The notes: a model not told the origin generated them from the sequence alone. Positions 26,284 to 36,226 are shown, counted from the stretch's first letter. The stretch is 44,841 nucleotides of DNA from Parcubacteria bacterium OLB19 (GCA_001567365.1 JZEL01000027.1:1-44841); one strand, 5' to 3'. Numbers and translations are program-made.

Positions 26284-29200
26284 ATGAATACAGATAAGAA
26301 GAGTTTGTTAGATAATTTTAACAGGGCATATGCCAATTTAAATTCCGAACAAAAATTAGCGGTAGATAGTGTTGAAGGTCCGGTTATGGTTATTGCCGGT
26401 CCTGGAACTGGTAAAACACAGATTTTAACTCTCAGAATAGCAAATATTTTGAAGGAAACCGACACCAGACCAGAAAACATCTTAGCGCTTACCTTTACTG
26501 ATTCTGGAGTGCGAGCCATGAGAAATCGCTTGATTTCCTTTGTTGGAAAAGATGCTTATTTGGTACCAATTCATACTTTTCATAGTTTTGCTGGTGACTT
26601 AATTCGACGTTATCCTGACGCTTATAAGAATATTATTGGTGGCAAACCAGCTTCTGATTTAGAGAAGATTCGCATCATTGAAGAATTGCTTGAAGAGGGA
26701 AGTTTTAAGCGTCTTCGTCCTCATGGTAATCATAGTTATTATGTGAAGCCTATTTTGGGGGCTATCACGACGATGAAGCGGGAAAATATTTCACCAACTA
26801 AGTTGGCAACGGCTAATGAAAGTATGGTAAATAACCTTGATCAGATTGAAAAATTTCACACTAAGGGTGCTCATAAAGGTAAGGTTAGAGGTGAGTATTT
26901 AGATATACAAAAGTCTTTAGAAAAAAATCAAGAATTACTGTATTTATATCAACATTATATTGTAAAAATGCGTGCTGAACGTCTTTTTGACTTTGAAGAT
27001 ATGATTCTTGATACCATAGAGGCCTTACAGACCAACGAAGAAATGTTGTTTGATGTGCAAGAAAGATATCAATATATATTAGCCGATGAACATCAGGATG
27101 TTAACCAGAGTCAGAATTCGCTTATAAAAATAATTGCATCTTATCACGATAATCCTAATGTGTTTGTAGTGGGAGATGAAAAACAAGCAATTTATCGTTT
27201 TCAAGGAGCGTCGTTGGAGAATTTTTTGTTTTTTGAAGATATATATAAATCAGCCAAGACTATAGCTTTAAATAATAATTATCGTTCTGGTCAGGAAATA
27301 CTTAATTTAGCTCACGAATCAATCAAAACTGACGATCCTAAACTTAAGGATCTTCGTTTACCTTTGGTGGCAAATAAAAAAGTAGAAGTCATTTTAGGAA
27401 AACAAGTATTTTCACATAAGGCGGTTGAAGATGCTTGGCTTGTTCAGCAAATTAAAAAATATCATGATGAGGGTGTTTCTTGGTCGGAAATGGCGATAAT
27501 AGTACGTACTAATAAGGAAGTTTCTGGACTAGCTACTTTATTAAGGAAAGCAAATATACCTGTTTCGCCGTCGGCTGATAGTGATATTTTAGAACATCCG
27601 ATATTTCTCCATATTAAAACCCTGATTAATGCTTTGGTAGAAAAAACGGACGAGGTGGCTTTAGCAGAGGTTTTACAAGCCCCGTATTGGAATTTGGAAA
27701 TTAATGATTTGATTAAGGTGTTTTTAGCTCGTTCATATCAGGATCATTTGTCTTCTATTATTGCTAGCGAAGAAAAATTAAAAAATGCTGGGGTGAAAAA
27801 TCCTAAAGCTTTTCTAAGGATAAGTCAGGTTTTTAATGAAGCTAGAGCTAAAGAATTAACTCATTCACCAGCTCAAGTTTTAGAATTTTTATTGACACAA
27901 AGTGGTTTTTTGGACAGCGTTTTACAACAATCAGTTTACGATGGTATTAGAGTGGTGAGGAGGCTTTACGATGAAATTGAATCAATGTTTGTAAAAAAAG
28001 AGGTTGGCACTTTACGTGATGTTTTAAGACAGTTAGAGCTTTTGACGCAATATAAGATTGCTCTTAACGCACCATTTATCGAAACCAAGAGTAATGCTGT
28101 TAATCTTTTGACAGCACACAAGGCTAAGGGTCTTGAGTTTGAGGTTGTATTTTTGCCCCATCTTTGCGACAAAAACTGGCAAGGAACATCAACTTCCGAA
28201 AAATTTAATCTACCAATCACAAAACAAGTCTTAGATAAAGAATCAGCTAAGCTACAAGCTGAGGATGATGAGAGACGTTTGTTTTACGTTGCTTTAACTA
28301 GAGCTAAACGAGTTATTGAGTGCTCATATGCACTTAAGGATGAGGAGGGTAAAGAATTAGGTTCAGCAATTTTCTTTATGGAGATAGAACATCTATTTAA
28401 AGAGAATAATGAAATTATAAAATTTGAAGAGGATTTTGCGCCATTAAATGATTTGATGCCATTACCAAAACCAAAAATTGATGCGGAATTTTTGCGAATT
28501 ACTTTGGCTAAACGAGGTTGGTCAGCAACAACATATAGTAATTATTGTAAAAGTCCTTGGGAGTATATTTGTAAAAATGTTTTACGAATTCCGACTATCA
28601 AAAGTCCGGAACTACAATTTGGAACTACTATACATGCTGTACTAGAAAAAATTGTTGATTTATATTCGGCGCAGGGAGCAGTTAGTGATTCTGAGGTTAA
28701 GAAATTACTAGAACAAGAATTAAATAAATGCTCACTTACCACTATGGAATTTACTCGTCAGCATGAGCGCGGTTTTTCTGCTTTGATGTCTTATTTACCA
28801 AAACTTATCAATTCGTTAGGAAAATCTTCTAAAACTGAATATAGTATTAAGGCCATCCTCGAAACCGGTCTGGTTGATTTTCCTGAAGTGATGATAACTG
28901 GAAATTTTGATCGTTTGGATTTTGATGAGGAGGGTAGGGTGATACGAGTTATTGATTATAAGACCGGTAAGCCCAAAACACGCGGTGTAATAGAAGGTAA
29001 GACTAAAGACAGTGACGGACGCTATAAACGGCAGTTGGTGTTCTATGCTTTACTACTATCTGAACAAAAGGATCCTTTATTGTACAGTGCAAATGGTCGT
29101 ATTTCCTTTGTTGAACCGGACGAAAAGGGTGTAATTCGCGAGGAAGATTTTACTGTTACTGAAGAAGAAATCGCTGAGTTGCGTCGAGATATAATTGAAG

Positions 29201-29295
29201 CTACAAAAGCTGTTGTGTCAGGTGCCTGCCTTGAGGTTTCTTGCGATAAAGAGGAGTGTGAGCATTGTGATTTTGTAGAGTTATTACAGAAATAA
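26284..29295 (+). CDS. UvrD/PcrA-type SF1 helicase fused to a C-terminal PD-(D/E)XK (RecB/Cas4-like) nuclease with a Cys cluster
   Basis: Helicase motifs AGPGTGKT, LADEHQD, VGDEKQAIYRFQGA, NYRS, TAHKAKGLEF, YVALTRAK. Nuclease motifs GNFDRLD, VIDYKTGK, QLVFYALLL. Cysteines in YCKSPWEYIC and C..SCDKEECEHC. Confidence 0.9.
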   Translation: MNTDKKSLLDNFNRAYANLNSEQKLAVDSVEGPVMVIAGPGTGKTQILTLRIANILKETDTRPENILALTFTDSGVRAMRNRLISFVGKDAYLVPIHTFHSFAGDLIRRYPDAYKNIIGGKPASDLEKIRIIEELLEEGSFKRLRPHGNHSYYVKPILGAITTMKRENISPTKLATANESMVNNLDQIEKFHTKGAHKGKVRGEYLDIQKSLEKNQELLYLYQHYIVKMRAERLFDFEDMILDTIEALQTNEEMLFDVQERYQYILADEHQDVNQSQNSLIKIIASYHDNPNVFVVGDEKQAIYRFQGASLENFLFFEDIYKSAKTIALNNNYRSGQEILNLAHESIKTDDPKLKDLRLPLVANKKVEVILGKQVFSHKAVEDAWLVQQIKKYHDEGVSWSEMAIIVRTNKEVSGLATLLRKANIPVSPSADSDILEHPIFLHIKTLINALVEKTDEVALAEVLQAPYWNLEINDLIKVFLARSYQDHLSSIIASEEKLKNAGVKNPKAFLRISQVFNEARAKELTHSPAQVLEFLLTQSGFLDSVLQQSVYDGIRVVRRLYDEIESMFVKKEVGTLRDVLRQLELLTQYKIALNAPFIETKSNAVNLLTAHKAKGLEFEVVFLPHLCDKNWQGTSTSEKFNLPITKQVLDKESAKLQAEDDERRLFYVALTRAKRVIECSYALKDEEGKELGSAIFFMEIEHLFKENNEIIKFEEDFAPLNDLMPLPKPKIDAEFLRITLAKRGWSATTYSNYCKSPWEYICKNVLRIPTIKSPELQFGTTIHAVLEKIVDLYSAQGAVSDSEVKKLLEQELNKCSLTTMEFTRQHERGFSALMSYLPKLINSLGKSSKTEYSIKAILETGLVDFPEVMITGNFDRLDFDEEGRVIRVIDYKTGKPKTRGVIEGKTKDSDGRYKRQLVFYALLLSEQKDPLLYSANGRISFVEPDEKGVIREEDFTVTEEEIAELRRDIIEATKAVVSGACLEVSCDKEECEHCDFVELLQK

Positions 29296-29328
29296 ACAAA
29301 ACCCTGGCCTTTGGCCAGGGTTTTGTTT
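29294..29328. terminator. Bidirectional terminator
   Basis: AAACAAAACCCTGGCC TTT GGCCAGGGTTTTGTTT. Confidence 0.85.
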
Positions 29329-29338
29329 ACTTTATAGA

Positions 29339-30091
29339 TTAATTAGCTTCACCTGTAGTATTAACCTTTCCCTCTAATTGACCAATTAGGTTTTCAATAA
29401 TTTGCTTTACTAGTGGGTATGGTTGAGCCCCTTCAATTTGTGCTTGCTGGTTACCAATAAGAACGAATGACTGAGGAGTTCCAGCGATACCGGCACTAGC
29501 ACCTTCAGCTAAACTGTCATCAATTGTCTTTTTGTGTTTACCACTATCTACACATTTTTGATAATCATCTTTGTTTACACCGGCCAAAACCGCGAAATCT
29601 ACTAATTTTGACATATTGGTAGGTTCGTTTACACCACGTTCTTGAAAGATTGAATTGGAGAATTTCCAAAACGCATCATTACCACCAAGTTCACCAACAC
29701 AGAGAGCGGCTTCGGAAATTTTAGGAGCATTGGGATGTAATTGCGCAATCGGGAATTGACGATAAACCCAGGCTACTTTACCAGAAACACCGTATTCACT
29801 CATAATTTTATTCATTGTCTCATGAAAATTTTTACAAAACGGACAATCGTAATCTGAATATTCAACCACCAAAATCGGAGCGTTAGGATTACCAAAAATA
29901 TAGTCTGTTTTATCTACTGGGCGGATATTAGCATTTGTTTTTTCGGTAGTAACAGTATTGGTTTTTGTGTTGGTATTGCTTGCGCCTATACCGCTAAAAT
30001 ATATTGCTAAAGCAATTAGTCCAAAACCAAACACTATGGCTATAGGAATAGCGAGGGAATTTGTTTTTGGCGGTGTTATCGTTGGTTCCAT
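29339..30091 (-). CDS. DsbA-family thiol:disulfide oxidoreductase, membrane-anchored
   Basis: N-terminal TM helix and the thioredoxin-fold active site YDCPFC. Confidence 0.85.
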   Translation of the reverse strand: MEPTITPPKTNSLAIPIAIVFGFGLIALAIYFSGIGASNTNTKTNTVTTEKTNANIRPVDKTDYIFGNPNAPILVVEYSDYDCPFCKNFHETMNKIMSEYGVSGKVAWVYRQFPIAQLHPNAPKISEAALCVGELGGNDAFWKFSNSIFQERGVNEPTNMSKLVDFAVLAGVNKDDYQKCVDSGKHKKTIDDSLAEGASAGIAGTPQSFVLIGNQQAQIEGAQPYPLVKQIIENLIGQLEGKVNTTGEAN

Positions 30092-30161
30092 ATGATTTAA
30101 TTTACTATTATTGGTGCATTATAGCACGTATTTTATGTAATTTAATGTTATATTGTTGGGT

Positions 30162-30974
30162 ATGGACATTTTGTCGGCCGTAATACTAGGTCTTACCGAA
30201 GGAGTGATGGGTTTTTTGCCACTCTCTTCTAGTGGTCATATTGTGTTGGTAAATGAAATTGTGCCGTTGGCTGAGGCTAATAATATTGCTATTAGTGCTA
30301 TTTTTTATCTCACCTCCGCTTTGGCTGTGATTATATATTTCTGGAGTGATATATGGGTTTTGCTTCAGACTTTGATGCGAAAAATGGGACGATTGCCAGT
30401 TAATGAAAAAGATCTGGTCTTACTTTATTCACTTTTGGTTGGAGCGATACCGGCTTTAATTCTGGGTCTAATATTAGGAACGATTATCGATAAGTATTTA
30501 TCCAGTATATTGGTAGTAGCGATAGCAATGATGTTATCAGCTATATTTTTCATGTATGCGGAATGGCGATATTATCTGTCACCACCACAGGGAGAAATTA
30601 CAGTAAATAAAGGTTTTAAAATTGGATTGTTCCAGCTTTTATCAATCATACCTGGTTTTTCACGCTTGGGAATGACGATGGCGGGCGGTATGTTACTTGG
30701 TTTGTCGCGTTATGAATCAGCTCGTTTTTCTTTCCTCTTATCTATACCTATAGTTATTGGTTTTGGCCTTAAGAAACTTCTAGATTTGATTGTTGTCGGG
30801 GGTGAAGTCATGTGGCTCCCTGTGATTATTAGTGCTGTTATTAGTTTGACATTGTCACTGATGGTTATACATATATTTTTACTGTTTGTGCGCCGTTATA
30901 CACTTTGGCCGTTTGTTTGGTATAGTTTTATTCTGTCAGCGTTAACCTTCTACTACATATTCTTTGTGCAATAA
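30162..30974 (+). CDS. uppP: Undecaprenyl-diphosphatase
   Basis: LPLSSSGH and PGFSRLG signature motifs in a polytopic membrane protein. ATG 30162 is preferred over the TTG at 30153. Confidence 0.92.
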   Translation: MDILSAVILGLTEGVMGFLPLSSSGHIVLVNEIVPLAEANNIAISAIFYLTSALAVIIYFWSDIWVLLQTLMRKMGRLPVNEKDLVLLYSLLVGAIPALILGLILGTIIDKYLSSILVVAIAMMLSAIFFMYAEWRYYLSPPQGEITVNKGFKIGLFQLLSIIPGFSRLGMTMAGGMLLGLSRYESARFSFLLSIPIVIGFGLKKLLDLIVVGGEVMWLPVIISAVISLTLSLMVIHIFLLFVRRYTLWPFVWYSFILSALTFYYIFFVQ

Positions 30975-30999
30975 AACACAAACAAGAAAGGTCTAAAAA

Positions 31000-31575
31000 T
31001 TAAAATAGCAGTGAATGAGTTAAAACTGCTTCCTCCCGTACAAGCCAAAGACTGGTATCAAGCGGAATTTCCCGCTTTCTGTTGCCGTCTTTAAATTTTA
31101 CATGTCCATGCTTTAGAGCATAATCAAAAACCTTTTTAGTAACTTTTACGTCCTGCTCGCAATATTTTTTGATTTCTTCAATTTTTCCTTCACGCCACCA
31201 GCGTACAGCTTGTAGTCCGTGGGACGATTTTTTGGCACCGACAGTCGCTTCGGCAACACTATCCAGTCGCAATCGTCTGCCTAAGGATTTGCGAATTTCT
31301 TCTAATAAGTCAATGCTTTTTATGTGAGTGAGATCGCCTGGGTAATATTTGTTTAAAAGGGGAATATCAAAATGATTACTGTTGTAGCCAACTAGGGCAT
31401 CAGCCTGTTCGAGAATCGGCCAAACTTTTTGTAACTCATCCACGGTTACAGTAGTGTATTTATCGTCAATACTATCGTAAAAGGTACCTACTGAAATATC
31501 AAGAGCCGACGACTCGCTACTACCGACGTCTTGAAAAGTGTTTTGAGTTTCTAGGTCAAAGATAACGTAACGCAT
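31000..31575 (-). CDS. DEDD-family 3'-5' exonuclease (RNase H-like fold)
   Basis: VIFDLET, GYNSNHFDIPLL and YCEQDVKVT acidic motifs. The start overlaps the hisS stop by 1 nt (TAATG). Confidence 0.7.
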   Translation of the reverse strand: MRYVIFDLETQNTFQDVGSSESSALDISVGTFYDSIDDKYTTVTVDELQKVWPILEQADALVGYNSNHFDIPLLNKYYPGDLTHIKSIDLLEEIRKSLGRRLRLDSVAEATVGAKKSSHGLQAVRWWREGKIEEIKKYCEQDVKVTKKVFDYALKHGHVKFKDGNRKREIPLDTSLWLVREEAVLTHSLLF

Positions 31576-32843
31576 TATTTTTTGTTAGTGATGATAATGG
31601 TTGAGAGTTCGTCAATATTACCATTTTCTTCACTGTTGTGCTCGAGGTTTTTCAAAGTGAAGTGGTTGCTCTTGATTTCATTTTCACCAACAATTATGGC
31701 GTAAATAACTCCTCTGTCGGCAGCGTCAGTAATTTTCTTTCCTAATTTTTTCGTACCAATATCGGTAGTTACTCTAATATCACGGGAGCGCAAAAATTGC
31801 GCGATTTTTTGAGCTTCTAGGTTTAGAGCGGAGTCGGTTGGAATAATGATAAGAGTTGGGGCTGTGGTTTTGAGATGTGAAGGCAGGAGTTTGTGAGTCT
31901 CCAAGAAATCGCGCATGGTAACATCGCCCATACCGAAGCCAATGCCGGAAATCGGATCATTGTCGAACATTTGAGTGAGATTGTCGTAGCGACCACCGCC
32001 AAGTAGGGAGCGATTATTTTCACCTGATTTATCAAAGATTTCAAAGACAGTGTCGGTGTAATAATCAAAACCACGAGCTAAGCTCTTATTAAAAACAACA
32101 TTATTTATACCTAATTCTGCTAGTCCAACAATCACATCGGTCTGTTCATCACTTTTATCTAACATTATTATGATTTCTTCAGCTAGAGTTTCATCATTAA
32201 CAATGGATACCAACTCATTGCGATAGGTCTCGGTATCAATTTTGTTGCGCTTATCATTTAGTTTTGTGATAGCACTTATGGCTGATTCGTTTACACCAAT
32301 AGCTGTATAAAGACGTGTCATTAAGGCTCTGTCATTAACTTGGATCTCAAACATGTCCGGTGTAGCACCAAAATTAATTAATGTTTGGTAGGCAAGAGCT
32401 ATTATTTCAACATCCGCACTATAATCATCACCACCAAACATATCGCAGTTTAGTTGCCAGTGTTCGCGTAGACGACCACGTTGTGGACGCTCATAACGAA
32501 ACAGGTTGGGAATAGAATACCATCGCAAAGGAAATTTCAATTCTCGGCGTCGTCCTGCCACCATGCGAGCGATGGTAGGAGTCATTTCTGGACGGAGAGT
32601 AACCTCTCTCTCGCCACGATCGATAAAAGTGTAGGATTGATCATTGATTATCTCAGCGTTTTCTGCCCCTTTACTCTTGTATAAGTCAGACGGTTCAAGA
32701 ATAGAAGCGTCATAACGTTCATATCCAAAAGATTCGGCAGTTTTGCTCCACATATCGAAAATATAGCGTTGAATAGCCATATCCTCCGGATAGAAGTCAC
32801 GAACACCCTTATATGGTTCAGTTTTTAGTTTTTTATCAGTCAT
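31575..32843 (-). CDS. hisS: Histidyl-tRNA synthetase
   Basis: Class II motifs (LRPEMTPTIARM, RYERPQRGRLREHWQ, GGGRYDNL) plus an anticodon-binding domain. Confidence 0.95.
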   Translation of the reverse strand: MTDKKLKTEPYKGVRDFYPEDMAIQRYIFDMWSKTAESFGYERYDASILEPSDLYKSKGAENAEIINDQSYTFIDRGEREVTLRPEMTPTIARMVAGRRRELKFPLRWYSIPNLFRYERPQRGRLREHWQLNCDMFGGDDYSADVEIIALAYQTLINFGATPDMFEIQVNDRALMTRLYTAIGVNESAISAITKLNDKRNKIDTETYRNELVSIVNDETLAEEIIIMLDKSDEQTDVIVGLAELGINNVVFNKSLARGFDYYTDTVFEIFDKSGENNRSLLGGGRYDNLTQMFDNDPISGIGFGMGDVTMRDFLETHKLLPSHLKTTAPTLIIIPTDSALNLEAQKIAQFLRSRDIRVTTDIGTKKLGKKITDAADRGVIYAIIVGENEIKSNHFTLKNLEHNSEENGNIDELSTIIITNKK

Positions 32844-32885
32844 GTTTAATGAATTGTAGACGAGTAATAGCTCGGTTGCAAATTT

Positions 32886-33452
32886 TTATTCAACTATATT
32901 ATGTAGCTTACCTAGATAACGTAATCGTATATCCATAGCTTTTTGAATCACAGACAGTAAACCTTGAGGATCAGGTAGTCCATGAGTTTCAAAACTGTTT
33001 TCCGCCATACCAGCGGTTTGAGCTCTGATAGTGCCAAAATTAAGGAAAGTGGCAATTAGTCCAATAACTGAAAACTTTATATCCTGCAAACGTTCAAGAC
33101 GAAAACTGCTAACTTTACGATTAAAGAAGCTTACTTGATCAATAACAATAATACGTCTGTCGGTAATAACCCAAAGATCAAGAAAATAATGAGTCCAAAT
33201 CATAAAACCAGCCATTAAGGCAAACAAAGTCCAAACAATCAATCCGTAAATAATGAGTGGTAAATGAGTGTCCAGTTCAATCATGAGCGGGAGATTGTCT
33301 TTTGGTATAGCTATAAGCAGAAAAAGTATGAAAATTGGCAGTAACAGCATAATAACCACACCAAATAATTCAGCAACTATGATAAACCAATGTTTTCTAA
33401 CCACTTTTAGAATTTCCTCGTTAGGTTCTAATTCTATTTTTTCGTACAACAT
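32886..33452 (-). CDS. Membrane protein with a bacterial PH (bPH_2/YdbT-like) domain
   Basis: ILKVVRKHWFIIV, two TM helices, then ITDRRIIVIDQVSFFNRKVSSFRLERLQDI. Confidence 0.7.
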   Translation of the reverse strand: MLYEKIELEPNEEILKVVRKHWFIIVAELFGVVIMLLLPIFILFLLIAIPKDNLPLMIELDTHLPLIIYGLIVWTLFALMAGFMIWTHYFLDLWVITDRRIIVIDQVSFFNRKVSSFRLERLQDIKFSVIGLIATFLNFGTIRAQTAGMAENSFETHGLPDPQGLLSVIQKAMDIRLRYLGKLHNIVE

Positions 33453-33455
33453 ATT

Positions 33456-33677
33456 TTAAATTACCATTGCGGTGATACCTAAAGCTGATAAAAGTGGAAT
33501 AGTGAGTATGAAATAAAATAATAAGGTTATTTTAGTGGCCTTTTCATCGACGCTATATTCCTTCCAGTGATAGTAAAGTATAGCGGAAAAGATTATATAA
33601 AAAATCAGTATCAGATAAAAACCCAATTCAAAAAACTGGTCAAAACTAATACTTGTACTCGATTGTAGTGGAGTCAT
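33456..33677 (-). CDS. Small two-pass membrane protein
   Basis: 73-aa ORF tightly packed in the prmC-hisS minus-strand operon. Confidence 0.5.
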   Translation of the reverse strand: MTPLQSSTSISFDQFFELGFYLILIFYIIFSAILYYHWKEYSVDEKATKITLLFYFILTIPLLSALGITAMVI

Positions 33678-33681
33678 AAGC

Positions 33682-34428
33682 TTATTCTAATACTAACTGA
33701 GAAAAACGTTGGACACCATATTGGTCTTTGTGGGTAATGATTGAAAAATGAATTTTTGCTAATTCCGTAATCTTCTCAACTTGCTCTGGTTCGTGTTCCA
33801 GCCAAAGTTGACCTTTTGGTTTTAGATACTGAGGAGTTTCAGTGATGATTTCTTCAATGATTTTTACACCATCATCTCCACCATAGAGAGCAATTTCCGG
33901 TTCGTTGTTTTTGACAGATTCCTCTGTGCGGTCTAATTTTGGATCTATGTAAGGAGGGTTGCTTAAAATGAAGTCATATTTTTCATCAGTAAGTGGTGAA
34001 AATAAATCTCCGATTAAAACTCTGTACAAGTTTGTATTTATATTGTTCAGGTGGCAATTTTTCTCAATTGTGATTTGGTGTTTTTGATCTATTTCAATAA
34101 AATCCAATTTCAGATCAGGACAGTTTTTCAAAATTCCGATACCGATACAACCGCTGCCGGCACATAAGTCTAAAATTTTAACATCTCGCTCAGTTTCGGA
34201 AATTTTTCTGATTTCAGTCAAGGATTTTTCAACCCAAAATTCAGTTTCGGGACGGGGGATTAAGGGGTTTGAATCTAAATAAATTTTTGCATTTAAAAAG
34301 GGAATATAGCCGATGAGATAGGCTAAAGGAATGCCTGCTTTAAGCTTTTCACAATCAGCGAAAAAAGCTTCGCTTTTCTCACCATTATATTTCTCCTCCA
34401 ATAACCATTTCTCCTCTTGACTAAGCAT
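33682..34428 (-). CDS. prmC: Release-factor glutamine N5-methyltransferase
   Basis: SAM-binding DLCAGSGCIG and catalytic NPPY (SNPPYI). Confidence 0.88.
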   Translation of the reverse strand: MLSQEEKWLLEEKYNGEKSEAFFADCEKLKAGIPLAYLIGYIPFLNAKIYLDSNPLIPRPETEFWVEKSLTEIRKISETERDVKILDLCAGSGCIGIGILKNCPDLKLDFIEIDQKHQITIEKNCHLNNINTNLYRVLIGDLFSPLTDEKYDFILSNPPYIDPKLDRTEESVKNNEPEIALYGGDDGVKIIEEIITETPQYLKPKGQLWLEHEPEQVEKITELAKIHFSIITHKDQYGVQRFSQLVLE

Positions 34429-34489
34429 AAATTAAGTTTACTATGCATGGCTAGAAGTATTTCGTCAACATGAGAAGAGGGGAGGTAAA

Positions 34490-34855
34490 ATGCCAGTTAC
34501 TACTATAAATATAATCTTAGGAGATATAAGTGCATCTTGTACTTCTTCACCGAATGATTACGCTTTAATGATTCTCTCAAAGAATGTAAAGGAGATTAGT
34601 TTTCGTTTAGCTGAAATAGATTTACTGTTAAGTTTTAATAAAAGGTTAAATTCGATGCCTGACTTATCTACGCTTACCGATGAAGTGTCTGACATAAGTG
34701 TGGAGTGGTACAATAATCTTGTAAAAGATAATGTTTTCGTAGGTGAATTAAAGGATGTTTTGGTTCAAGTTGGGGGACTCGTCGAAAAACGAATACAATT
34801 TAATCAAAACATTATTCATGTTTTGACAACTAAGACTATTAAAAATAGGTCTTAA
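34490..34855 (+). CDS. Hypothetical protein
   Basis: 121-aa ORF with GGAGG 4 nt upstream of the ATG and a terminator after the stop. Confidence 0.5.
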   Translation: MPVTTINIILGDISASCTSSPNDYALMILSKNVKEISFRLAEIDLLLSFNKRLNSMPDLSTLTDEVSDISVEWYNNLVKDNVFVGELKDVLVQVGGLVEKRIQFNQNIIHVLTTKTIKNRS

Positions 34856-34862
34856 TAAAATC

Positions 34863-34909
34863 AACTAATAAAAGACCAGCGGTAATTACGTACTGGTCTT
34901 TTATTAGTT
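34863..34909 (+). terminator. 17-bp hairpin terminator
   Basis: AACTAATAAAAGACCAG ... CTGGTCTTTTATTAGTT. Confidence 0.8.
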
Positions 34910-34962
34910 TCTCACAGGTACTTCGTCTCAATTAGATTTAATTTTGTTACACTGTAGCTAAT

Positions 34963-35991
34963 ATGAAAAAGAACACTAAGTTATATGAAACAGTGGCGGC
35001 ATTAATGGCTTCGGGAAAAGGGATTTTAGCAGCGGATGAAAGTGATGCTACTGCCGGGAAGCGTCTAGCGATGGTGCATTTACCAAACGAACCGGAAAAT
35101 CGCCAAGATTTTCGGGAAATTCTCTTTACCGCACCAGATGTAGAAAAATATTTATCAGGGGTGATTATGTATGATTCTTCAATTAAGAATTTTACCGACG
35201 ACGGTATACCTTTCCCTGATGTGCTTTTAGCTAAAGGGATTGTGCCTGGTATCAAGGTTGATTTGGGTACAGTAGATCTACATGGTTTTAAGGGTGAGGT
35301 AGTTACCGAAGGTCTTGATGGACTCGCTAGTCGCTTGAAAGAATATTACGATTTGGGTGCACGCTTTGCTAAATGGAGAGCGGTGATAACTATCGATGAA
35401 GACGAAATTCCTACCGATGCTTCTATCGCTATGAATTCCATACTTTTAGCTCGTTATGCGCAAATTGCACAAGCCGAGGGTATTGTACCGATGGTTGAGC
35501 CAGAGGTTATATACGCTGGTGATCACTCTCTAGAAAAGGCGGAGCTGGTCACTACTCGTACTTTGCAAATAATGTTTCAAACTCTAATGACCTACAAGGT
35601 TGATTTAGAGGGGCTTATTCTTAAATCTTCTATGGTTTTGGCTGGAGATATGTACCCTGAACAGTCAACTCCAGAGCAAGTAGCTAATGCTACTTTGCGT
35701 ACTTTTCATATGTCGGTACCACACAATGTTGGGGGTATCGTATTTTTGTCAGGGGGTCAAACACCAAAGCGGGCTACCGAAAATTTAAACGCTATCGCTT
35801 CTCTGGGTGAACAACCATGGCCAATAACTTTTTCTTATTCACGAGCTATTGAGGAACCATTTTTGCAGGCCTGGGGCGGAAAGCCGGAAAATATTGCAAA
35901 GGCTCAGGAAATGTTGCTTTATGCGTGTGAAATGAATAGTTTAGCCAGTCTTGGTAGGTACGATTCAGTAGCTGATGCTAAATTAAAGTAA
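34963..35991 (+). CDS. fba: Fructose-bisphosphate aldolase, class I
   Basis: GILAADES, IVPGIKVD, AKWRAV, PMVEPEV, LLKSSMV and FLSGGQ motifs. Confidence 0.93.
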   Translation: MKKNTKLYETVAALMASGKGILAADESDATAGKRLAMVHLPNEPENRQDFREILFTAPDVEKYLSGVIMYDSSIKNFTDDGIPFPDVLLAKGIVPGIKVDLGTVDLHGFKGEVVTEGLDGLASRLKEYYDLGARFAKWRAVITIDEDEIPTDASIAMNSILLARYAQIAQAEGIVPMVEPEVIYAGDHSLEKAELVTTRTLQIMFQTLMTYKVDLEGLILKSSMVLAGDMYPEQSTPEQVANATLRTFHMSVPHNVGGIVFLSGGQTPKRATENLNAIASLGEQPWPITFSYSRAIEEPFLQAWGGKPENIAKAQEMLLYACEMNSLASLGRYDSVADAKLK

Positions 35992-36009
35992 AATTGACTC
36001 TTATATATA

Positions 36010-36056
36010 AAAGAAATAAGAAAAATGCGCTTTTGGCGCATTTTTCTTATTTCTTT
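36010..36056. terminator. Bidirectional terminator shared by fba and rpmG (overlaps the rpmG stop)
   Basis: AAAGAAATAAGAAAAATGCGC TTTTG GCGCATTTTTCTTATTTCTTT. Confidence 0.85.
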
Positions 36057-36226
36057 TGCTTATATACAGTGTGAGTCTTCGCGACAGGGTTGAATTTCTT
36101 AGTTTCGTATTTTTTGCTCGGATCTTTCTTTACTTTATTGTTGTAACGTGTGTAGTAAGTATGACCTTTGCCAACGCCGTTTTTATCACCGACTGAGACT
36201 AGCTTTATCAATAAATCTTGAGACAT
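36047..36226 (-). CDS. rpmG: 50S ribosomal protein L33
   Basis: The 59-aa translation MSQDLLIKLVSVGDKNGVGKGHTYYTRYNNKVKKDPSKKYETKKFNPVAKTHTVYKQKK fits the L33 pattern (IKLVS...G..Y.T..N......K.E.KKF.P....H..YKE.K). Below the ORF-track cut-off. Confidence 0.85.
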   Translation of the reverse strand: MSQDLLIKLVSVGDKNGVGKGHTYYTRYNNKVKKDPSKKYETKKFNPVAKTHTVYKQKK

